Source of the DNA: a virus
Taxonomy: Duplodnaviria; Heunggongvirae; Uroviricota; Caudoviricetes
IMG/VR virus record: IMGVR_UViG_3300040801_001810
Span: 38,194-102,193 of that record
Strand: one strand, 5' to 3'
DNA length: 64,000 nucleotides
Made by a program: the position numbers and the translations under genes
Notes under the pieces: generated by a model
Databases searched by the model: none
What the model was told of the DNA's origin: nothing
The model's input: the letters and a program-made list of their open reading frames with translations, nothing else
In this document: piece after piece, positions 8,988-17,646 of the stretch
How positions within the stretch are numbered: the first letter of the stretch is position 1
Layout of the letters: the number at the start of each line of letters is the position of its first letter

Positions 8988-9808
8988 TGAAAAAAGTAAT
9001 ATCTTCAGACTATTTATCTTTAAAAAGAAGTATTAGTTCATACGCAGATAAATTTCCATCACCAGATAGAGAAACAAATAGAGAATGGTTTAGACAGCTA
9101 GCTGAGCTTAAGCCACACAAACATCAAAAAGTAAAAGGCAAAAAATACTACGCAATAAGAGATAAGATAATCTTATCTAATGGAGGATTCGCTATGAAGT
9201 ACGTCATGCGATACAGTAATGTATTAAATGATGACGCATCAATTAGTGAACTATTTCAGGAAGCTACACTAGGAATAATAGAAGCTGTAGATACTTTTGA
9301 TATATCATTAAAAACATCTTTTACAACTTATGCTTACTTTCATATAAGAAAAAGAATAATAGATTTTATAAAACATAACAAACTAGTAAGAGCACCAAGA
9401 GATATAGCTAGAAATATAAAGCATGTTAATGAAGCACAAGATGCTATTATGTCAGTAAAAGGATATGAGCCTACAATATTAGAATTACAAGACGAACTAA
9501 AAAATAAAAAAGGAATCCATTTAAAAGAATCTATCATTAATAGCATCATAGTCCTATTAGAATTAAACTCATCTGGATATGAAGAGTCATTCATAAGCGA
9601 ATACAAAGATCAGTTAAGTACTGATGAAGAAAGTGATCTATTTAGAAATATGGAATTAAATATAATGACTGCAATATCAAACTTTCCAGAAAGAATACAA
9701 GATCTAATAAGAATACGATATGGAATAGGAAGAGAATTTCCTCATAGTCCAGAAGAGGTTCGATTCATGATGAACCCTACAAAAGAAGAAGAACAATATC
9801 TGGAATGA
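8987..9808 (+). CDS. phage RNA polymerase sigma factor (sigma70 family)
   Basis: Region 2 RDKIILSN...ELFQEATLGIIEAVDTFD..KTSFTTYAYFHIRKRI, LVRAP, region 3 GYEPTILEL, region 4 ERIQDLIRIRYGI...SPEEV. Confidence 0.92.
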   Translation: MKKVISSDYLSLKRSISSYADKFPSPDRETNREWFRQLAELKPHKHQKVKGKKYYAIRDKIILSNGGFAMKYVMRYSNVLNDDASISELFQEATLGIIEAVDTFDISLKTSFTTYAYFHIRKRIIDFIKHNKLVRAPRDIARNIKHVNEAQDAIMSVKGYEPTILELQDELKNKKGIHLKESIINSIIVLLELNSSGYEESFISEYKDQLSTDEESDLFRNMELNIMTAISNFPERIQDLIRIRYGIGREFPHSPEEVRFMMNPTKEEEQYLE

Positions 9809-10311
9809 AATATAAACAATCCTGGGAAGAAGGAACAGCAGCAGAACAAGCATATATAACTTCATTAGAAAATGAAGGATATATATACATACGACACGCA
9901 ACACCTACTGAAGATAGACAAGATCATTGGGATCTAATGTTTAAAGATCCAGATGTTGGAGTAACCTTTACAACAGATGTTAAGGCTCAACGACATAAAT
10001 ATAGGGGAGGTCCTTTACTAGAAGATTTCCTAGTAATAGAATGGAAGAATGTAGCAGGAAAAGAAGGATGGATACTCGGCAAAGCATATGAAATAGCTTA
10101 TGAATATTTAGATAATTTTTATGTATTTAATAGAAAAGAATTAATGAACTATGCTTTTATGGTAACAGACTTTTGTAAAATAGTTACTAAATTCTCAGAT
10201 TGTGTACATGGTATATATCAACGTAAAGATAGAAAAGATCAGATGACTCTATTAAAGTTGTCTGATCTTTTATTATCAATAGACTATGGAATTTATCCTA
10301 AGTTAACATAA
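9805..10311 (+). CDS. PD-(D/E)xK-family nuclease
   Basis: G..AE helix, DHWDL, TDVKA, IEWKNVAGKEGW. Confidence 0.7.
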   Translation: MKYKQSWEEGTAAEQAYITSLENEGYIYIRHATPTEDRQDHWDLMFKDPDVGVTFTTDVKAQRHKYRGGPLLEDFLVIEWKNVAGKEGWILGKAYEIAYEYLDNFYVFNRKELMNYAFMVTDFCKIVTKFSDCVHGIYQRKDRKDQMTLLKLSDLLLSIDYGIYPKLT

Positions 10312-11323
10312 TTCCAGAGTCAGCCATACACTTAGTTCTAAATGAACAATAGTCACATTTAAAGTCTCCGCATGGCTCCCCTTTCTTAGCTTTATTATAT
10401 GCTATCTTAGACATTCTACCAATTTTAAATTCTCTATCTATATCTTCCATGTTATAGACCATCTTGTAATCACATGGTGGTAACAAGGAGTTTAAAGAGA
10501 AATCATATACAGAATCAAACTTAGAAAAGATATCATGTATATTTATTCTAATGTCTGCCATTCTCGCTTGATCAGAAGTAGCTTGTTCAGACTTAGCAAG
10601 AAGTTCGTCATAGGATTCTACATTCTTAAGTTCTAAAGTATATAACTCATTGCCATTAGAATCAATAGCAGTAATTATTGGCCAACCATCTTCATCTAAA
10701 TCAACTTTATACCAGAAAGTAGAATTGTCGCTTCTATTAACATAAAGAAGATATACATCGTCAATCTCAGATTTTTTACCTTCATCAATGTTGGTAAAGT
10801 AGTACTTATAAAGCATTGCTTGCATTAAATTATTAGCAGCAGGAAGAGGAAGAGTCCTCTTATCGCCCATAGTCTTTGGTGCTTTCCATGCACTAACAGA
10901 CTTAATTTCAATGCCTTGCTTTCGTCCATTGGATTTGATTACACAATCCATACGACCAGAGACAGCAACTTTATTCTTAGTACTTGGCATGACAAAATTA
11001 ATAGGAACTTGTTCTGATTCAAATATACCAAAGTCTTTAAACTTTTTGATATAATAGTTTTCATACATGTTTCCTGCATCACAAATACTTTTACCTTTAG
11101 GACTCATTGGTTCTGTTGGTGCAATACCAATGATCTTATAGAACATTGATCGTTTACACTCACCAACTGGGAAAGATCCTAGTTGAACCATAGCTTCTGA
11201 TGGCCAAGCAATATTTTGAATTCTTGTTCTAGGCTCACCATTAGATTCTTTGGTAACTTTAGAATCAAATTTTGAAATAGTACTAATAAAATTAGACTGT
11301 TTCCTGATGTTTAATGTACTCAT
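10298..11323 (-). CDS. Cas4-like/RecB-family Fe-S exonuclease
   Basis: WPSE...ECKRSMFY, GRMD, IEIKS, QAMLY, C-terminal CDYCSFRTKC (4-Cys Fe-S staple); AGGAG RBS. Confidence 0.88.
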   Translation of the reverse strand: MSTLNIRKQSNFISTISKFDSKVTKESNGEPRTRIQNIAWPSEAMVQLGSFPVGECKRSMFYKIIGIAPTEPMSPKGKSICDAGNMYENYYIKKFKDFGIFESEQVPINFVMPSTKNKVAVSGRMDCVIKSNGRKQGIEIKSVSAWKAPKTMGDKRTLPLPAANNLMQAMLYKYYFTNIDEGKKSEIDDVYLLYVNRSDNSTFWYKVDLDEDGWPIITAIDSNGNELYTLELKNVESYDELLAKSEQATSDQARMADIRINIHDIFSKFDSVYDFSLNSLLPPCDYKMVYNMEDIDREFKIGRMSKIAYNKAKKGEPCGDFKCDYCSFRTKCMADSGIMLT

Positions 11324-11341
11324 AATTACTCCTTTTTATTT

Positions 11342-11375
11342 ACTATAATATAGTTTATTTTTAGAGGATTGTCAA
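11342..11375 (-). promoter_or_regulatory. sigma70-type promoter for the Cas4-like gene
   Basis: Minus strand TTGACA (11375-11370), N17, TATATT (11352-11347), ATAGT. Confidence 0.75.
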
Positions 11376-11411
11376 GTCTATATAAGGTAGTATAGTGCTC
11401 ATATCTTGTGC

Positions 11412-11445
11412 TTGACTTTGACTGTAGATTGTAGTATATTATATA
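11412..11445 (+). promoter_or_regulatory. sigma70-type promoter for the recombinase/replication operon
   Basis: TTGACT (11412-11417), N17, TATATT (11435-11440), ATATA, followed by AAAGGAGG RBS. Confidence 0.8.
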
Positions 11446-11470
11446 CAGATAATTAACAAAGGAGGCCATA

Positions 11471-12265
11471 ATGGCTATAGATTTATCAGAATTAAAGAAA
11501 GAAATAAACTACAAATATAAGCCCCAATCAATTAAGTTTGGGAAGGCTATAATGGTAGCTTATATCGATGCAAGAGATGCTCAAGACCTACTAGACGAAG
11601 TTGTAGGACCAGAAAATTGGCAAACAGATTATAGTGTAATCAATGGTAATCTATTTTGTAGAGTAGGAATAAATGAGATTGGTGTAGTAGCTAGAAGACA
11701 AGGCGAAATAGCTTCAAATGAAAGATGGATCTGGAAAACGGATTGTGGTACAGAATCCAATCAAGAAAAAGAAAAAGGCGAAAGCTCAGATGCATTTAAG
11801 AGAGCTTGCGTTCAATGGGGTATTGGTCGATTCCTATATAGATTAGGAGTAGTCGAATTACCTACGAAGAAACATACTAATGGTAAAGAATATCCAGCTA
11901 CAAAAGATGGAAAAATACTATGGTCAAATGATGCTATATCTGATTATATTAGATCAATAAAAGGTAAGAGTGTTAATGCTCCAAAAGCACCAGTATCTGC
12001 ACCAGTAAAACCAACACCTAAAAAATATGCCAAAGCGGAAACATCACCAAAGTATAATAAAGTTCAATATAGTGATGAAGTTATAAAGAAGGTTACGAGT
12101 CTAGAACACGAGGGTCTTAAAGGTAAGGAGTGTTTAAATGCTCATTTAGCAGCATATAATACTGCATCCAAGACAGAATATAAAATGATATCAGAACTTA
12201 ATACTGATGAAAAACTTCTAGGATTAATAACCTTTATAGAAAATTTAGTACCAAAAGGTATCTAA
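11471..12265 (+). CDS. Rad52/22-family single-strand annealing protein (Sak-like)
   Basis: AYIDARDAQDLLDEVVGPENWQ and EKEKGESSDAFKRACVQWGIGRFLY signatures; Pro/Ala/Lys-rich linker. Confidence 0.93.
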   Translation: MAIDLSELKKEINYKYKPQSIKFGKAIMVAYIDARDAQDLLDEVVGPENWQTDYSVINGNLFCRVGINEIGVVARRQGEIASNERWIWKTDCGTESNQEKEKGESSDAFKRACVQWGIGRFLYRLGVVELPTKKHTNGKEYPATKDGKILWSNDAISDYIRSIKGKSVNAPKAPVSAPVKPTPKKYAKAETSPKYNKVQYSDEVIKKVTSLEHEGLKGKECLNAHLAAYNTASKTEYKMISELNTDEKLLGLITFIENLVPKGI

Positions 12266-12287
12266 AAGATCTCTGAACTATGCCAAG

Positions 12288-12324
12288 AAGGGGTCAGTTG
12301 CGTCAACAGCTGACCCTTAATTTT
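12288..12324 (+). terminator. stem-loop, probable intrinsic terminator or attenuator
   Basis: GGGTCAGTTG, cgtcaa loop, CAGCTGACCC, then TTAATTTT. Confidence 0.6.
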
Positions 12325-12335
12325 AGGAGAATTAG

Positions 12336-14759
12336 ATGGAAAATGATTTTGACCAGATTACCCAAGTATCAAATGAGTTAAGACCAAAACTACGTGAGTA
12401 TCTAGAACAACAAGGTGTTCAAGTTAGTAACGATGGCTTCATTAGCTGCTTACGTCCAGACCATGCTGATAGAAATCCAAGCTGTTCAATAGGTGGAAAG
12501 TTTGGAGAAGAAGTATTTCATTGTTTTTCATGTGGAGCAGCAGGAAATATATTTAATGCAGTTCATTATCTTGAGGGAAAGCCATTAACAGGAGTAGGGT
12601 TCTATGAAGAAACCTTACCATATTTATGTGCTAAGTTTAATATACCATATGAACCAATTCAAATTAGTAATGAAGCTAGAGATAAATACCAAAAAAGATG
12701 CGCAGTAAAAGATTCAATGAATGTATGTCATTCAATGTCATTTAAAGGAATAGAATTAAATACAGACCATAAAGCTATTAAACATCTTTTAGATAGAGGA
12801 ATAACCGAAGCAAGTATTAAGAAGTTTAAGATAGGATGTATTAGTAGTCACAGCGATTATGTAAAGAAGATGACATCAACAGGATATGAAGATGTTGATT
12901 GGCTAAGTAGGGCAGACTTAGCTAATAAAGGTATATTCAATCCACACGCTATCATATTACCAATCCTAGATGATAAGAAAAGACCAGTTGGATTTGTAAG
13001 CAGAACAACTAAAATGCAACCTAATGATAAGGGGCATTCAAAGTATGTAAACTCAATCAACTCAGATATATATCATAAGAGCGAGATTCTATTTAACTTT
13101 CATACATATGATCCCAAGAATGGACCATTATGGATAGTAGAAGGTTATCTAGATGCTATATACTTAGATCAATGTGGACTTAAGAATGTTTGTGCTATAG
13201 GAGCAACCGCATTAACAGAATCACACGTAGATCTATTAATGAGATCAGGTGTTAAGCATATTAACTTCTGTTATGATGGTGATGACGGCGGTAGAGCAGG
13301 AACCAAACTTGCCATAGAAAGAACTTCTGTTTATCAAGTATTCAAATCTATTAAGATAATTGAATTGCCTGAAGATAGTGATCCAGATAGTTATGTAAGA
13401 GAAAATGGATTACAGGCTCTATTAGATCTAGGATCACCAGAAGTAGCTCTATCTCCATTCGCTTGGACATTGAAGCATTCTACTTTCCAAGATGATCCAA
13501 TTGTAATTGTAGAACAAGCTATTCCTACAATTGCAAGTGAAGAAAGTAATATTAAAAGACTTAAGATGATCAAAGAACTGTCTAAGATAACAGGAATTGG
13601 TCAAGAAGATATACGAAAAGACGTAGATGCAATAGTAAATAAAGATTCAAGTATATTCTTAGATGAGCTAACTGATATTAACAAGTATGTCCAGGTAGCT
13701 CTATCAAGAAAGAAAATTAAAGATACAAAGAATATTATTGGAGAAGCATTAATAAAGATACAGAATCTCGAAAGAAAATTCAATAATAGAATTGATAATA
13801 GAATTACATACGATGAAAAGATAGACAATCTTTGGGAGAAATTAGAGAACGGATTATATAAATATGGTTTAGTTACACCAAAATTTAAGAAGTTCGAAGA
13901 AATATTTGATGGTTTACCTTACAACACATGTATGACTCTAATAGGAGGAAGACCTGGAGCAGGTAAAACAACATGGGCAACAGCATTAGCTATAGATGTT
14001 GTAGAAGAAAATCCAGACACAGCTGTGTTTTATATGTCTATTGATGATACAACAGAATTAATGACTATGAAAATGCTAGCCGCACGAACAGGATTTTCAA
14101 CATCAAAGATTAAAAGAATGCAATCGTTAAGCGTAGATGAACGACAAGTAATTAGAGATGCTCGATCATGGTTAAATAATTTAAAGAAAAGATTTGTCAT
14201 GGTAGATGCGGGAGAAGGAACAACACCAGAAGTAATGGAAGCGCACATCGAATGGTTCTTAAGAGAGTATCACGATAAGAAAAAGATATTCCTATTAGAT
14301 AATTTTCATAAATTAAAGGTACCAACAGCTAATCAAAAGAGCGATGCTATATCTCAGCTATCTGAAAAGATAAAAGAATTAACTAGACTGTATGATATAC
14401 ACATAATGATGACTGTAGAATTAAGAAAGATGGGGGAAAATAGCTCTAGACCAACACCATCTGATCTAAAAGATTCAGTTCAATTAGAGTATGATGCAGA
14501 CGTAATTATCATGGCTCACAATGATAAGCAAGTAAATCAAGACACAACAATAGTTTGGGAAGGAATGTATGGAGATGAAGGTATAAAGACTATGCCTTTC
14601 ATAGAAGTCACAGTTCATAAAAATAAGATGACTGGTAAAACAGGCGGACTAGCATACAAACTTAACTCATACAATCTTCAAATAGAGGAAGACAGTTACT
14701 CAACTATTAAAACCTTAAAAAGCAAAAATGCAAAATCAACATTCACAATAGGGAAATAA
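12336..14759 (+). CDS. DnaG-type primase / DnaB-type helicase fusion
   Basis: Zn finger CLRPDH...CFSC, KYVNS, TOPRIM IVEGYLD, YDGDDGG and DPD; Walker A GRPGAGKT, LDNFHKL, SVQLEYDAD. Confidence 0.95.
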   Translation: MENDFDQITQVSNELRPKLREYLEQQGVQVSNDGFISCLRPDHADRNPSCSIGGKFGEEVFHCFSCGAAGNIFNAVHYLEGKPLTGVGFYEETLPYLCAKFNIPYEPIQISNEARDKYQKRCAVKDSMNVCHSMSFKGIELNTDHKAIKHLLDRGITEASIKKFKIGCISSHSDYVKKMTSTGYEDVDWLSRADLANKGIFNPHAIILPILDDKKRPVGFVSRTTKMQPNDKGHSKYVNSINSDIYHKSEILFNFHTYDPKNGPLWIVEGYLDAIYLDQCGLKNVCAIGATALTESHVDLLMRSGVKHINFCYDGDDGGRAGTKLAIERTSVYQVFKSIKIIELPEDSDPDSYVRENGLQALLDLGSPEVALSPFAWTLKHSTFQDDPIVIVEQAIPTIASEESNIKRLKMIKELSKITGIGQEDIRKDVDAIVNKDSSIFLDELTDINKYVQVALSRKKIKDTKNIIGEALIKIQNLERKFNNRIDNRITYDEKIDNLWEKLENGLYKYGLVTPKFKKFEEIFDGLPYNTCMTLIGGRPGAGKTTWATALAIDVVEENPDTAVFYMSIDDTTELMTMKMLAARTGFSTSKIKRMQSLSVDERQVIRDARSWLNNLKKRFVMVDAGEGTTPEVMEAHIEWFLREYHDKKKIFLLDNFHKLKVPTANQKSDAISQLSEKIKELTRLYDIHIMMTVELRKMGENSSRPTPSDLKDSVQLEYDADVIIMAHNDKQVNQDTTIVWEGMYGDEGIKTMPFIEVTVHKNKMTGKTGGLAYKLNSYNLQIEEDSYSTIKTLKSKNAKSTFTIGK

Positions 14760-14760
14760 A

Positions 14761-15999
14761 ATGTTTGTAATATATGACAAAGAAAAACAACGAATTCCAA
14801 TTAAAGTGTGGCTAGATGATATTAGTCACCTAGAACCAGGATGTTTAGAACAGGCAACTAACCTCTCTAACCTACCCTTTGCTACTAATCATATCTCACT
14901 TATGCCTGATACACATCAAGGTTATGGTATGCCTATCGGGGGTATACTTGCTACGGAAGGAGTTGTAGTTCCTAATGCAGTTGGTGTTGATATCGGATGC
15001 GGCATGGGATTTTTATTAACTAATATTAAATATGAAGATATCAAAGATGTTAAAACTAAAGATAACCAAGACTTAATATGGGCTATCTTAGGAAACATTA
15101 AACGAAATGTTCCAGTAGGATTTAATCACCATAAAGAACCGCAAGTTTGGTCTGGGTTTGATAGTCCACCAGCTTATTATAATGGGAAAACATTAGAAAT
15201 AATTGATCAACAGTTAACAAAAGCTACATATCAACTAGGTACTCTAGGTGGAGGAAACCACTTTGTAGATTTACAAGTAGATAAGGATGGTTATCTAGCC
15301 ATTATGATTCATAGTGGAAGTAGAAATTTTGGTAAACAAATATGTGATTATTATAACCGTAAAGCTCAAGTATTGAATGAAAGATGGAAAACACTCGTAC
15401 CTAAATCAAGTGACCTAGCTTTCTTACCAATTGAAGATGATCTTGGTAAAGAATATATGGACGCAATGAACTATGCTCTTGAATTTGCTAAGCAAAATCG
15501 ACATTTAATTATGGAACGATCTAAAAATGTAGTTCTAAATATGATTCAAAAGTATGCAGGTATTTCCAAAGTAAAAATAACCCAAGAAGTGAATATACAT
15601 CATAACTATGCAGCATGGGAGAATCATTATGGAAAGAACGTCATTATTCACAGGAAGGGCGCAACGCTTGCCCGCTCTAATGGCCTTGGTATTATACCTG
15701 GTTCTATGGGTACCGCTTCTCATATTGTTAGGGGTCGTGGAAATGATGAAAGCTTTAACTCGTGTAGTCATGGTGCTGGTAGATGCATGGGGAGAAGAGC
15801 GGCAACAAGAAAGTACACAGTCCAAGAAGTTATAGAAGATATAGCTAAGCGTGGGGTTCAAGTTATGAAAGATAACAAGAATGATATAGCAGAAGAATGC
15901 CCCTGGTCTTATAAAGATATAGGAACTGTCATGGATAACCAAAAGGATTTGGTTGATATAGTTAATACACTTACACCTATAGGAGTACTAATAGCATGA
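14761..15999 (+). CDS. rtcB: RtcB RNA ligase
   Basis: MPDTHQGYGMPIG, VGVDIGCGM, GTLGGGNHF, HSGSR, HHNYA, HRKGAT, PGSMG, SHGAGR, YKDI. Confidence 0.97.
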   Translation: MFVIYDKEKQRIPIKVWLDDISHLEPGCLEQATNLSNLPFATNHISLMPDTHQGYGMPIGGILATEGVVVPNAVGVDIGCGMGFLLTNIKYEDIKDVKTKDNQDLIWAILGNIKRNVPVGFNHHKEPQVWSGFDSPPAYYNGKTLEIIDQQLTKATYQLGTLGGGNHFVDLQVDKDGYLAIMIHSGSRNFGKQICDYYNRKAQVLNERWKTLVPKSSDLAFLPIEDDLGKEYMDAMNYALEFAKQNRHLIMERSKNVVLNMIQKYAGISKVKITQEVNIHHNYAAWENHYGKNVIIHRKGATLARSNGLGIIPGSMGTASHIVRGRGNDESFNSCSHGAGRCMGRRAATRKYTVQEVIEDIAKRGVQVMKDNKNDIAEECPWSYKDIGTVMDNQKDLVDIVNTLTPIGVLIA

Positions 16000-16571
16000 T
16001 TTGGTTTACATCAGATACACACTTTGGTCACAAAAACATTATTAAATATTGTAATCGACCATTTGAAAATGTAGAAGAAATGGACCAGACTATAATTAAA
16101 AACTGGAATAGTGTTGTAAAAGATAATGATTTAGTATATCATCTAGGTGATTTTATGAGTTGGGCTGGAAATTCTTCTACTATTGAAAGAAGATACAGAC
16201 AATATAGACATGCTCTTAAAGGCAAAATTTTTCTTATAGAAGGTAATCATGATTATAAAATTGGTTCTCCTTTTTCATATGCTCTAGAAGGAAAATGTCC
16301 TTTAATGACTCTTAGATATCAAGGTAGAAAAATAATACTATGTCACTATGCTATGAAAGTATGGGATGCTTCACACTTTGATAGCTGGCATTTATTTGGT
16401 CATAGTCATGGGACATTAGACGCAGTAGGAAAGAGTTGGGATGTTGGAGTTGACTCTAATGAGTTTACTCCAATAAGTTTTAATGATCTAGGAGCTATTA
16501 TGAATAACCAATGTCATAATGAAAATTGGGTAGAAAGGCTACCTGGATATAAAAATGTCAAGTCCAATTAA
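15996..16571 (+). CDS. calcineurin-like metallophosphoesterase
   Basis: SDTHFGH, HLGDF, GNHD, LCHY, GHSH. Confidence 0.93.
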   Translation: MIWFTSDTHFGHKNIIKYCNRPFENVEEMDQTIIKNWNSVVKDNDLVYHLGDFMSWAGNSSTIERRYRQYRHALKGKIFLIEGNHDYKIGSPFSYALEGKCPLMTLRYQGRKIILCHYAMKVWDASHFDSWHLFGHSHGTLDAVGKSWDVGVDSNEFTPISFNDLGAIMNNQCHNENWVERLPGYKNVKSN

Positions 16572-17220
16572 CTGCGAGACATTTTGCAATAGACTTACTA
16601 AGTGTTCTTACTATAAAGAAAAGAATTCCTATGTAAGAAATATCAGATTATTATTTACTAGGATTCTTAAACGATATTCAAAGGATCCTAGTGAATCCTT
16701 CCTAAAAATATTCTCGGAAGAGTTTAGTAAGAGAAGTTACACTGGGCATAACCAAATATATACAGACGATAAGATGACATTTAAGGACTACTGCTTAAAG
16801 TGTGCCTGTCATATGGCAGAATTTCTCCAGAGAGAACCAGTATCTAGATATCAGATTTTTTATTTCTATCAACAGATTAAGGGAAGTATAGATGCAGAGA
16901 TTACAAAAAAGAATCTAAGTATATGTTTTTCTTTTAAAAATGCATTTGATACTGAAAAAGAGCTTGACTTTTATAGTCTTAATAATTATATTTATAATAA
17001 GGTTCACAAGACCACTAACGACTGTCTTGTAATGAGTGTTCCGACGGACTCTTACTTCTTAGTTAAATATGGGGAAACAGACTATACTATGAGGAGGGGA
17101 TTTATTACCTCTAATATAAAAAACAAGTCAAGACGACAGGGACCTTATTGTATTACCTGTCAGAATGATTGTAAACCTTTATTTATTAATGGGTTAGACC
17201 GACTGGAAGGCTTATTATGA
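16555..17220 (+). CDS. degenerate Cas4/PD-(D/E)xK-like protein
   Basis: N-terminal KCSYY, KGSIDAEI, C-terminal GPYCITCQNDC; no clear ExK. Confidence 0.5.
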   Translation: MSSPINCETFCNRLTKCSYYKEKNSYVRNIRLLFTRILKRYSKDPSESFLKIFSEEFSKRSYTGHNQIYTDDKMTFKDYCLKCACHMAEFLQREPVSRYQIFYFYQQIKGSIDAEITKKNLSICFSFKNAFDTEKELDFYSLNNYIYNKVHKTTNDCLVMSVPTDSYFLVKYGETDYTMRRGFITSNIKNKSRRQGPYCITCQNDCKPLFINGLDRLEGLL

Positions 17221-17414
17221 TAGACATTGTAACAAAAAGCGGAAAAAGAATTGGAAGAATATCAGACAGCTTGGACCAAGACGATACTTTAGTTATCGAT
17301 GGTAAAGAAGTAAAATTATCTGATGTGTACGCCGATGATAAAATAAGAATGGCTTTTAACGATCAAGTAAAAGAGCTAAGAGATGACACACAATCAGAAG
17401 ACTCTGATTCCTGA
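17217..17414 (+). CDS. hypothetical protein
   Basis: 65 aa, coupled to neighbours. Confidence 0.7.
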   Translation: MIDIVTKSGKRIGRISDSLDQDDTLVIDGKEVKLSDVYADDKIRMAFNDQVKELRDDTQSEDSDS

Positions 17415-17616
17415 TGAAGTTCAAGACATTGCTTACAAGAAATTTTGCAAATTACCATTAAAACATAAGCTTATTGTTTATGCCAGATTAGTACATGGCA
17501 ATTCATTTAAAGCACAGAATAATGATTTATTCGATCTTAACAGAAGAATAGTTAGTCGTATATTCAGAATATATATCGAATCATTGCGTGATGCTGTTAA
17601 AAAGGCACCAAAATAA
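17383..17616 (+). CDS. stand-alone sigma region-4-like HTH protein
   Basis: KLPLKHKLIVYARLVHGNSF...LFDLNRRIVSRIFRIYIESLR follows the sigma70 r4 pattern. Confidence 0.6.
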   Translation: MTHNQKTLIPDEVQDIAYKKFCKLPLKHKLIVYARLVHGNSFKAQNNDLFDLNRRIVSRIFRIYIESLRDAVKKAPK

Positions 17617-17629
17617 TATTGGTGCCTTT
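17601..17629 (+). terminator. 11-bp inverted repeat at the replication/glycan module boundary
   Basis: AAAGGCACCAA, 7 nt, TTGGTGCCTTT. Confidence 0.6.
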
Positions 17630-17646
17630 AATTATTGGAGACTAAA

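Noticed and set aside
10298-11470. CRISPR-Cas locus suggested by the Cas4-like gene
   Set aside because: No repeat-spacer array and no cas1, cas2 or effector genes are visible; the intergenic gaps are too short and are explained by promoters.
4111-14759. Inteins or group I introns in polB or the primase-helicase
   Set aside because: Catalytic motifs are normally spaced, with no intein splice-junction motifs and no frame interruptions.
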